DNA of 64,000 nucleotides from Acanthaster planci (lineage: Eukaryota), in the NCBI RefSeq assembly GCF_001949145.1, contig NW_019091356.1, positions 2,488,932-2,552,931 of the forward strand. Reading direction: 5' to 3'. A program made the translations under genes and the position numbers. Positions 40,901 through 52,900 of the stretch are shown here, one piece after another; within the stretch, counting starts at the first letter, position 1, and each line of letters opens with the position of its first letter. Below the pieces are notes generated by a model. That model had not been told where the DNA came from. It saw only the letters and a list, made by a program, of their open reading frames with translations, and searched no databases.

Positions 40901-43900
40901 ATTAACTTTTCTTGACTAGACCCACTGTTCAGATGTACAAAGTGTATTCGGGTGCATGTTGTAATGGGCAGCAGACATGTGTCATCGGTGTAATAATTGT
41001 CAATTTATCACGTTGGCATTTGCGAGCGATGCCGTGCCCATCCCACTAGATGCACTCAGCTAGCCAGTAATGTAAAACGTCACTGTAATTTGCTTCGCAG
41101 TTATCTTGTGGCCACTCCAAATCCGTTGTGTATTTATCATGCCCGTGTCCTCTCCTAAACTCCCCCCCCCCTTCCTACAAGTTCCCCACAACCCAGCAGC
41201 ACCTTAGAAAAACAAGACGTTATCTCAAATAAATTACCGTCCCTCCACTTGGGAAATAATGTTCCATTCCTGTCTAAGTCTCAAGGGGAAAGTCTCGCCC
41301 CGCTCTTTTCCTCTGTGGCTCAAATGAATAACTAACCATCAAGCGAAATTATGAATGGCACGATTTCTCATAAAAGAGAACAGCTTTGCCAAGGAAAGAA
41401 CTAGAGCGATGTGCATCCTTCGTCCAGCGTAAGGCAGATGGCCTGGTGGGGTCCGTGTTGTCCCATTCATTTGCCCATGGCATTTTTCTCACCTAGTCTA
41501 CACCTAGTCTACATGCCATTCAGCCAGTAGATATTCTCCCATTGCTGTCAGACCAGTTGTTGATTTTTTCCCCCCCTCTTTCTGCCAAGAGGCAAGCTCT
41601 AGGAGATGGGACTTTGTCTCGCCAGCCTTCTTCGGTTCGATGAGGGATTGGGAATGTTATCACCAACACAGAACTGGGCTTCCTCTTTGTCTGGATTATA
41701 AATCAACACAGAAAACCCTGGGAAGGCTGTTTACATTACTCTGCAGTACCCGTGTGATCAGTTCACGATGTGTGTGTTGATAGTTGTACAAATACGAGGC
41801 ACCATTCTTTGGCACAATAATTATCCGTGTTAGATGTTCCTAACATGGCCTCAGAAGATGTTGATGAAAGTGGAAGAAGTTGGAACAGTTGGCAGGTATA
41901 TACATGTAGGTCTGCTCTATGCAGATGCTGAAAACCTGAAATATTTAAGTCACTTTTTGAAAAAAAATTTTTTTAAATTCTGTACTGTAAAAGCTTTGAC
42001 CGTAAAAGAGCCGGGTTATTTTGGCCCATTTTTGAAACTTGGTATACATGTAAAGACACTCCGTATTATTACAAATGTTAAGTTTGAACTCAATCAGACC
42101 TATGATTTTGTTTGTATGGTCACCTGAAGTTCAAGGCTACTTGCATGCCAGCTTGCATGCATTGAGCATAGGATTGGAAAAAGTATCCATTTCTGGCTGA
42201 CCCGTCTAGGAAAAATGCATGCTGGGTAAGGACGGTATGCTTAGGGCTGGTTCATACTCGCTGCGTTTGCACACACGCAGGGTGTAATGTGAACGCCGCA
42301 TTTGACGTTCATACTTTCGTGTTTTCTCAAGTCTCGGCTGCGTGTGCGTATTCGACAAAAGTTGAAAAATTTTAATTTGTCCAAATATGCATACATTTGT
42401 TGCGTATGCACAATCCATTATTTTTTGATTACATGTATTTGCATACAAGGCCACACATTTACATTACACACTGCACTTTCCTTCACACACTGCAGACACC
42501 TCAAAATAGGCCTTCGTGCTGCGTACACAGGGAATACACAGCGAATACGAACCAACCTTCAGTTTTCAGAAAATTGATGTTAAAATGACCACGAGGATTT
42601 GCTCTGAAACTCTTAAATGCTCAACTCCTAAAAAAACGGCACTGCAGTGATGAAAAAATGTTGGGGGGATTCCCTCCCCCCTTATAGGGTTAAGTAATAC
42701 AATTCCTTTGTAAGCCTTTCTTTGAGTGACATACACTTACATGTATTTATGAGTGCTGTTGTAGAAGTTTCAACAAGGACAGTAATTGTAGCCCTGTTGA
42801 TTGAAATGCTGTATGTCTTTCTCAATTCGCCTCTGTCTGAATTATACCGACAAAAAGAAAAAAGGTTAAAGTACATGAACATGTAGGTCAGATCTCACGA
42901 GGACGTGTGTATATGTGTCCCAGAATCAGCCAAGATTAATGGGTAAGCTGCCTCACCGCAACGGCCAGCTAGCTTAGTAATTTGCTGGGGCGAGGAGGCG
43001 GACCCGGGGAGCAAGGAATGAGGCAGAAATTGGACGTGGCATCGGGGCCCATCACCAGCCCCCACAGGGGGAGTGTGTGATAGAATTTCCTCCCCAGTCA
43101 GTTCCAATAATGTGATCCGCTCTCTCTGCCTCCAAGAATGTTCCCCGAGTGCGACATTGCTCAGCTGTGTTGCAATGCCTCTGCATTGTTTCTCACGTTT
43201 CTGACGTGCCTTTTATTAAAGTTGTGGTTTGATTTTTTGGGGGGGTTTATCGAGTCGGCATTTCTTCTTTTTCTTCTTCGTACCGGAGGTTCAGAAGCAA
43301 AGGTCGATACCATGTTGCTGCGAATGCCATTTGATTGCGAAGACAAATATTCAATTATTATGGAATATTTAGTATCCAGGACAGCCGAAGCTGTTGCTGC
43401 ATTTTTCTTCACCGCAGGGAAGACTTATCGCTAGGAAAAGTTCAGACCAAAGTGGACTTTGTTTGTTTCCATGGTGTGCATGAATCCTGACAATATTCGT
43501 CTGAGACCCACTTGGTCCCGCCATCCCAGTGAAAAGACGGTGTGCTTGAAAGGAGTGGGACTTTGAATCGGAGTTTGGTCAAACTTTCTTGATTGTCTCG
43601 CTCACTCTTCCTGGTGCCCAAACTAAGAAAACATTGAGAATCTTGGTTACCGTGATACACCGCGGACTAAATTCAGACATGATTGCACACACCAGTTGTA
43701 TTTGTACTAATTCAGTCAGACAGTCATTGGATTGATGCACGGTGCTGTACATCCAAATTGCCCAATTAAAACTTGGCGACATTCTAGCTGTTCATCAAAT
43801 TCTGCAGTGGGTGACATGAAATCAATTGCCATGGCCCAATTATGGATGAACATTCTCCTTTCATGTTTGTTAATGTTGGATTTTGTGGTCCAGCAGATCC

Positions 43901-46900
43901 AGATCAAATCAAGACCGATGGTACAATATGTTTAACCCTAACCACCAAGCATATTGTTTGGCTTTACTCAGTACTACAAAATACTAAGTAGTAGCCTGAG
44001 CCTGAAGGACCTAGCACTACAGATTACTACTTCTGGCTAGGTTACTTCCATTGTTACTTGTACAGAGAACAATAAAGCCATGCATTCCTAGTGCCACAGC
44101 ACTGTATGGTACATTGTCTCATCTGTTGTATTTTATGGCTTCAGAGAACAATAAGGTCATGTCCTCTGACAAGCAGTAGCACTGATTACTACATGTTACT
44201 ACAAGTAGTAATTTGTCGTATTATGTGGGTTAGGGTTGAGCAGCATATGGCGTGTAGGAAATCATACATTTGTTTTACCCTTTTTCCAGTTGTTCTCTCT
44301 GGGTCAGGTATTGTAAAATGATTGCACATATTTACTCAGGTGTATTGAAGAAATGAACATACATGCCCTTTATGTGGCATTGGGGCCATGTTAACAGTAT
44401 GTGAGCAACGGCCCAAGCGTACATTAACTGCAGATCACGCGTGGAGAAAGGTTTGCCATCGCACTCGAAACATATTTGCTGGTGGTACTTGTGCGTGCTG
44501 CGCACTTCTGATTTGGTCGAGGAACCGTGCCTGGCGTTCCAGCCCGTGTTGGCCTGCTCAAGCTTCTGTTTATCGTGCGGTGAATAGTTGACGGTGCGCA
44601 TGTTGATACCGTCTGGCAGTCTTGTGGACACTGCCAGGGCCAGGCTTCCTTCATGGCCATTAGTCAGGGAACAAATAACTTGAGATTGTGTTGATGTTCA
44701 AATATTGACATTTCATTTTTTGCAGCCGTATATTGCTGGGCTATATATGCATATTTGTAAATCATGACTATATACCATATGTACCGTATTTATATATGGC
44801 CTGTCCATTTGCATATCGGCCTGTTTGTTGTCTTCGGTTTGCTGTTTGTTTAGAACCACAACCAAATATGAATATCACATGAATATCGCCATTGACCTGT
44901 AACACACCACTGCCATTGACCCAATTGGCTTGACCTCATTTGCATATATCTGCATATTTGTTTGTTCTCTGCAGGGAAGAAGATGAGTTCTCACAGTCTG
45001 CCTCAAGTCCGCACAGCAACATCAGCAACAGCGGCGGCAGCTGTAACGGCAGCTTTCAGGGCAGTGACTCTGCTAACATTGGTAGGCTCCGTCCCTCTGT
45101 CTTCCTCTCTGTCTGTCTGTAGCCCTGTGGTCTGTCTGTCAGTCACCATGACTGACTTACCGTACAATCTGGATCCGTTACAGAGTCTGAAGGTTGAGGT
45201 GGCCCGAATGTAGCACGCACTGAAGGACACAGCTTGAAAAATAGTGGTAGTTGAGAGCAACCTGAATCAGCAACTTGAATCTCAGCATATTGTGAGGTCG
45301 GGGAAAAATTTACGAACATTCTCGAACAGAAAAAATGACCTTGCTGGCTACTCTTTTATCTGTCTCACCCAGTATTCATTATCATGGCTCCTGCAACTGG
45401 CTTTGCCGAGTGCCGAGCTTCTGTCAAAAATGCCTGTCACACCATCCCTGTGACCTGTGGCGTCTGTCAAGATCACACATCCTGTCTTAGTGGAATCTGC
45501 CTTTGTCCAATGCCTTGACATTTTCAGTCTGGACTGGAACTGTACATGTAGTCTGGTCCCTGCCCTCTGATACATTAATCCAAAGGTTTGGTAACAGTCT
45601 CATGATCTGTGGCCTGCTGGCCAGCTGTCGGTGTCTGTCAGATCCTGTCACTCAACCTCTCTGACAGATATTGGGCAAGCTCATTCCTTGGTTGAACTTT
45701 GACCTTCTTTAACTTGGAAGCTGCTAATCATGGGCAATTAAAAAGGTGCTAAAATGTGGCATCCCTTGGATAAGATGAGAATTGTTCCAGAGACAGTGTG
45801 TGGTCTTGCGCTTAATTCTGACAGTCAGCTGTGTGCATGCCAATCAGGAGGCCAGACTTCATTCCAAAATTCATTAGTTCTGTTCCGTTATCAACACCTT
45901 ACACTAGCAGTTGCCCCATTGTCTAACGACGCCAACAAATCAGCTGAAATTTTCATGGACAGATGTAGGTCATTTTAGGGGAATTGACCAGTTTGTTGCT
46001 AAGACTGAGTTCTCTGTATGAGCAAATTGCTTATTAAGGATCACAAATTGCTTACTCCAGATCATGTTTTAACCAGTATCAGCTTTGAGCAGAAGCCCCC
46101 CCCCATCGGTTGAAAAGAGCCATGTTGGTCGGGAGTGATCGTTCATTCATTTTGTTGGTTGTGATGTGACCGTGCATTTCGTAGTCATTCACAAACCAGC
46201 AATGTGCAGTTCCAGCCAAAGGAGCCTGCATTGCTAGGAAAATTGCGCCCTCTCTTGGTCCAGCTCGGGGCTCTTACAGTAGTTGACAATTGAGCTGCAT
46301 GTAATAATTTGTGTGATGACACCCCAGTGAAACTGTCTCCTAATAAGCCAATTCAGGTTCTGTCCTGGTTAGCAACATGCCACGGAATAGCTGTTTGGTC
46401 CGCAGTTTTTTTCAGCTTTCAAATAAAACAAAAAAAGGATGCTGTTGTTGCCAGCCCCTCGACCATCCATATCAACCCCCACCCTCACACACCCTCCCCC
46501 CTCCTCCCAGTCGGGCTCAGGGAAATCGTGCCTTCGTATAAATGTCACTGTTACCCCTTGAGTGCCCTGTGCATGCCGATGTGATCGGTACATGATAAAT
46601 TGGCTAATCCAAAAAAGAGGCCCTGCCTCTCACGGGGAGAAAATATGCACAGTTGTTGGGATGACCCAGCGGATGGAATGTCAGAATTGTTCAAGCCTGG
46701 CTAATTGAAAAACGGGATAAGGTTTCAGGTTTTCAGGGGAGGGCAACATGTTATTTGCGGCTCAATTTCTGTCTCTGTGAATGTTGCCATTGATTTGTGT
46801 TGCTATTAAGTCAATGCAGTGGTAGCTTCAACAAGTCGAATAACAACACTGGGATATTTACTCAGTTTGATAGAGTCTGTCTCTTGTGAGGCATCAAGGG

Positions 46901-49900
46901 TTTCTTTGTTCGTGCTTTGTCCATTGTTGATCACGCTGGTTTATTTTTTCCCCCTGTAAAGTGGATCAGGCATTGGTTGATGTACCAGTAGTTGTCTGCC
47001 AGCCCTCGTCTTTTGTTCAGTCCTGGTGTGGCCTGTAAATCAAAACCCTGGAGTTCGTGTAAATTTCGCTCCAGTTGGTCAATTTGTCAGTCCAGATCTG
47101 TGCTTTTGATCATGTCTTGTGTTCCTTCACTGTTCCTAGTGACGCACTGATAATTTACTAACTGCATTCGTGATATGTGACGCAATCCCACAAATTGAGT
47201 CCAAAGGTCATCAGTTATTGCACTGTAGTTCACATGAAGAAGAGTAAACTGAGCTCTTGGTTTTGATGCATCACATGTCGGCATCCCGATGAAAAGAGAC
47301 CTTATGTGGGTAAAAAAAATTGGGGGGGGGGCTTCTTATTGACTTACATCGCGCAAGATTCATTGAAAGGTCTTCAAATATGGGTCTGGTGACTCGTGAC
47401 TCATTTTGTTAGGTTGAGTCACATACAGCAATTTACCTCCTCTCTTCCATCAGTTACATGGAGTTCAGTGTGGTGCAGATAAAGACTTGACAAATAGAAC
47501 TTGTCAGTCACCGACTAATTGGTAATATCATCGGCTGTACCTCATCCCAATTTGGCTTTTCTTTCTCCCTTCCCCTCCTGCACTTTGCAGATCAGTGCAA
47601 TGATTTATCGGCCGAGCTGTCCAGGGTAGTGGGCGAGCTGGAATGCGCCGTGGAGGAGCGCAAGGGGACCGACACCTACCGGCAGCACATCGACACGGCC
47701 GACCACACCATCAAGCAGCTGGCCAGTGCTTCCCATCAGGTAGAAAAGAGATCTCTAGAGGTGAGAAACTAGCCCTATCCACGACCCCTTTGCTCCGGAA
47801 TGTTGGCAGCCCAAGCTGTGCCAATCTTACAGATCCCCCACCAATAACAAACTCCTCTCTATATTCTATCCATTCTGATTGCGAACAAAAGAGGGCGTGT
47901 TTTCAAACGAAGTTGACAGTCCTGTGGTATGAAGTCACCGCATAAACGTCACCGTTTATGCGCGTTTGATGACGGGCACGCTGAGTAAGCGCAATGAATT
48001 TATTCTGGAATGTATTGTCTTCGCGTGCATGTCAAACGCGTGCAAGAACCCAGTTGGAAACTTGGTACCAGTCTGTCTGTTCTTTTGCTGGCGAGGGGGC
48101 TCTTCAACTTGGGGGGATGGCAAAGGTCAAGGTTCAACAGAGTTCCCTTGTTGTCTGATCTTGTTGGAATGACGGTAGAAGAGAAAAATGAATAAGCAGC
48201 CTTGCATAAGGAAGCAGTCATGATTGACTGATCTCTGCCATGGAGTTTTTCAGAGGTCCTTTCAGGGCTGATGCCTATAAGTTGAAAGACGACACTGCTT
48301 TGAGAGAAAAAAAAAAAGTTACACTGAATTTCTCTTGCACACCAAACACCAGCTGGGAAGCAGTCAAGGGCAATATACATTACACAGCATTTTAGCCGGT
48401 GAGCTGAACAAATTTACGCACAGAGCAGTTCTGCCAAATTTGCCATAGGTAATGAACGTCACTTTAATGTCTAGCTCTCCTGAAATAGGAACAGCAAATT
48501 TTGTTCCAACCGAATGGATTATTTTACCTGCCCTTCCATTTCAAGGCTGTCCAGGAAGTCGAGCGTCTGCAATATGAGGGCGGGTCTGCCACCGACCACT
48601 CCCCCGCCACGCCCAACGGCTTCCAGGGCCATGCCCAGCGGGACCAGCACCGGCGGCGCAGCAGCCTGGAGCAGGAGCTGGATGTGCTGCGGGACGAGAA
48701 TGAGAATCTGAACACCACGCTGTCCATGAAGGAAGACGAGCTGCAGAAGATCAAGGCCAACCTGATCGCCATCCGGGACGAGAGGGACAAGCTCAGGAAG
48801 AAGGTAAAAACAACTTGTTGCTTAGCAAGATAAGAGACCCACCTATGTTGGCCTGCCGTAAGGAGAAATACTGCTCAGCCAATTTAAATGCTAAGCAGAA
48901 ATAAGCTGGGAAATAGTCGCAAGATATACACAATACGTAACACTTTAACTGGTATCCATTTTTTTTTACTTAGCAAAGTTGTATGCTTTGCAGTTGTACA
49001 AAAATTGGCTCTTTGAGTCACCAGCCAAAATCACAAATAAGCCTATTAGCTTTAACTGGTTCACATGGAGAAATCGAAGTTTTCTTTGATGAAAAGCGGT
49101 TTCTAATTTTCATATGGCACTTTCAAACTAGTTTGGTAAAATGTAAGTCAGTGTAAATAAATCGGCCGCTATGAAGTGAGGCCAATACTTTGTAGCGCTC
49201 TGCGATGTGGCGTGAATTGTACCCATTTCACCATGGTTTCCCTGGTAGGCAACAATTTGAGAGACCAGTTGCGTCGAAGTACAATGACACCAGATAGCCT
49301 GCCACAAATAGTCACGTGAACGAAGCTCACAAAATTCACAAGAATCGTAACGTGACTTTTTAGAAAACTGGATGTTTACATTTAGGATGATCAAGCAAAT
49401 TAAGATGATTATCCTGCCAAACAAAGTCTCATATGCTTAGTGTGCCATTTGACCACAGGTTCGGGACCAGCAATCACGCAATACTGACCAATTGCCCGGT
49501 GCCTCGGCCAGCAACCTCAAACAGCAACAACACCAGCAGGGCTACACGTCGTCGTCCTCCGAACAACTCAGCTCCCCGGGCTACCGGCCCACCCCCAATC
49601 CCAGCAACGTCAACGCCAACTCTGCCTTGCCCAACGGCGAACAGCTGGGCGTTTACGGTAGCGAGAGGCGAGGCGGCATGCCCGTTGCCAAGGTGGCCGA
49701 GCGGGTGCGATTAAAGCCATCGCGATCACTCGATAGCTCATCGAGATCGGGCTCGGAGAAAGGCGTGACAGGGTCGGACTTGAACAGCGTTGGGGTGAGT
49801 TCTTGCTGCTGCGTTTTCAGTGTCTAGCTCCATTGCCTGTTTCAATTACCACACATTAGCCATTCCTATATTAGCCAAAAACGAAAACGTCCCATGAGTA

Positions 49901-52900
49901 TTGCATAAACTACCACCGTCTGTCACATTATATTAGGGAGCTCTTATTCACTCAAGGACATGCCTAGATAGCAGCAACAATCTTTGGATAAGGGTAATTC
50001 CAGAAATTAGGGATCTGTTTTTTTTTCGTGTCCCTGTCACATCTGACATATAATTTTGTAAGTTCAGAACACATTTTGTGATTTCCAAGAGTGATGAATG
50101 AATGCAAATTACCTGCCAAACAAAAAGCAATAGTTTGAAATCGATTCCGGTGATATTTCCATGTCAAATAACAAAGGTCAGACGTAACAGGGACACAAAA
50201 ATGTCACACTTTTGGACTCCTAATTTCTGGAATTACCCATAAGCAAATTATTGCTGGTGTCATCTGGTGCACCGTCCAACTCACTCCATTCAGAGTTGTT
50301 GCTTATTAGCATTTGTGCATGCCAGTGCAGTCCGTGTGGAGGGTGGCTGAATTACCGTGCAGAGTGGCCAAACCACGAGACAAAGCTTAAGAGCTTGCAA
50401 AACATGATGTGGTCTTGTTGAGGCTGCATTGGTGGATTGTAAAGTGAGACAAATCACAAGTAAAGTGGCAGGTTTCAAAGGACAGGTGATGACAAAGGAA
50501 TGTCATCACCACAGGTCATTTGAATAGCTTGTCTCTTGATATTTCACTGGGTGTGTGACTTGAGGTTGACTTGTAATGACCTGTGACGACTTTGATTTCC
50601 ACAGCAAAGGCATTTGGCTCCTACTTATACCCGTTAGCACCTGTACTACACTGTATCACATTGAATTAATTACTGAATTTAGAGAAACATTGGGTATTTG
50701 GGGGGCTTGAGGTGGTACCGGGAGTAAAAGGCTCAACAGTTCTTGGTGGTCATAAATAATGGGTTAATCCTTCTCTACTGTCTCTTTACAGCTGACCAAC
50801 CCCAAGGTAGCTGAGCACCTAGCCCGCTCGCTGCAGGAGTGCTCCAGCGTGCAGGAGATCCTGCAGGCCCTGGGCTCGCACGGCCTGCCGGTCCCCGAGA
50901 GCAAGGCCCGAGAGATCGAGGTGGAGATGGAGCGGCTACACAGCAAGATCGAGCACCTGCGCTCACAGAACGACCTGCTGCAGCTGACGTTAGAAGAGAG
51001 CAAGTCCAACGCCGACCGGCTGACGCTGCTGACGGGGAAGTACGAGAGCAACAACACGGCGCTGCAGCTGGCCGTCAGCTACGCCGATCAGGCGGCGGAG
51101 GCCTTCGACGTCCTGCTGATGCTGCTGGAGACAGAGCAGCAGGTTCTGTTGGCCAACTGCCGGGCGGCAGGGGTCGGTGGCTTCGGAACAGGTAGGTCAG
51201 GAGATGGGTGGTCCAACATACTTGTGTCTGTGTCCATCACCTCTCTGAGTATTCATTAATTAAATGGGTGTTCAGAGCTCCCTTGGGCATGGGGAAAATT
51301 GTATGGAACTGAAAGATTTGTGTTCTGGAGGTTTATCTCTTTATATCCACTGAAATCTTGTCATTAGTTTGGCATTGTTTTGATTTGATTAGAGTTAAAG
51401 TTTCTTTCCACTTTCGATATATTCTTCTCAGTAAATCCCATTTTTTAAAACTTCTCTTTGTAAAATATGAATTGTCGCTTAATTAGAATGCTTATGCTGT
51501 GGCATAAAAGCAGCTTAGACAAGACAATCAGTAATCAGTCATTGCTTTGAACTGATGCCAAAACATTTTATTCACCAAGTGAAATGTATTCCGGACAGCA
51601 CCATGCATCATACCCAAATTATTGTGTCTTGGCAGTTCATTGGTTCACCAATCCCCTGCTCCTCGCGTTCCTCCTGTGCCAGTGTGCTTCTATTCCAGTG
51701 TTCTTTCATCACTGTTTGAATTCTTCCAGGGGAGAGCTCGGAAGGCTCAGACTCGGAGGAGACCACCATGATGCTGAAGCGGGTCCACGAAAACCGCAAG
51801 GCAGCAGAGAACATGGCCAAGGCCCTCCTGCAGCGGCTGGACCGGAGCTGCGGGACCATGGTGTGCCACGTCCCCGGATGCACGCTGCAGCCCTGGGAAG
51901 ATGTGTCCTCACACAGTCACACCAGGTAAGGGTGTGTGGGTTTGTGGGGGGTTCGCAGAGGTCGTCCAACTCTGGGCTCAGTTTCATAGCACTGCTTACT
52001 GGAAGAAAAAAATCTTCACTCGCCACAGCAGAAAATATTGCGGTTAGTGTATACCAGATGAGCAAAAAATTGGGTTTGCATGCATAAATCCTTTACAGTA
52101 TTTTGAGCGTACTTGATCTGCGTCAAACACGTACTTGCACTGTAAGCACAGAATACTTAATTGTATGAATGTAACATTCTGTGGTTAGCAGGGGCCCTGG
52201 ACTCCTTAGTGTGAGATCCGCAAGAAGAATTTTCAACTGAATGTACACAAACTTGAAGCATCTTCAGGTGTTGGGCACACTGCAGAAATGGCATTCAAAT
52301 ATTAATCATATCTCTTTCCATGCCATGGTCGGGGGAAAAACCTACACGTAGCAGAAAAACCCAACCACGGGTAGCCACTGTGATTGTGACCTTTGACCTC
52401 TGATGTTTGAAACCCCCCCTCCCCTTAGCACCACCAGCTCCACGGCCAGCAGCTGCGACACAGAGTTCACCAAGGAGGACGAGCAGCGGCTGCGGGACTA
52501 CATCCAGCAGCTCAAGAACGACAAGGCAGCGGTGCGGCTGACGGTGCTGGAGCTGGAGAGCGTGCACATCGACGCCGTCCCTTCCTCCTCCTCTTCCTCA
52601 GGCCAGGAGTGTCTGAAGACGGACAGCCAACGACTGGACCTGGAGAACGCCGTCATGATGCAGGAGATCGCCGCCCTCAAGGTAGATGACCAAGAGGAAG
52701 GGGTTCTTTTTGGGGGAGGTACGGTCTGGAAATGACCCTAACCCTGTTTTTCTGGGAATTGTCATTTGACAAAATTCAGTTGTGCATTGGACCATTGAAC
52801 CCCTGATCATATCAGCGGGAACCCTGGTGTAAGTCTGTTTGGAATAAGTGAGCTCAGTGAAATTTGATAGAAGATAGAAAATAAGATTCTTGAGCTATAC

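Noticed and set aside
45082..45213. Peptide-like MTDLPYNLDPLQSLKVEVARM downstream of an MCC exon
   Set aside because: Not in the MCC frame (intron read-through stops at 45120-45122) and no supporting homology.
47939..47962. Perfect 10-bp hairpin CGCATAAACG-TCAC-CGTTTATGCG in a CpG-rich patch
   Set aside because: Probably part of an unclassified repeat; no termini or second copy in the window to support a call.
48524..52680. Antisense ORFs overlapping MCC exons
   Set aside because: Shadows of GC3-rich coding sequence on the opposite strand.
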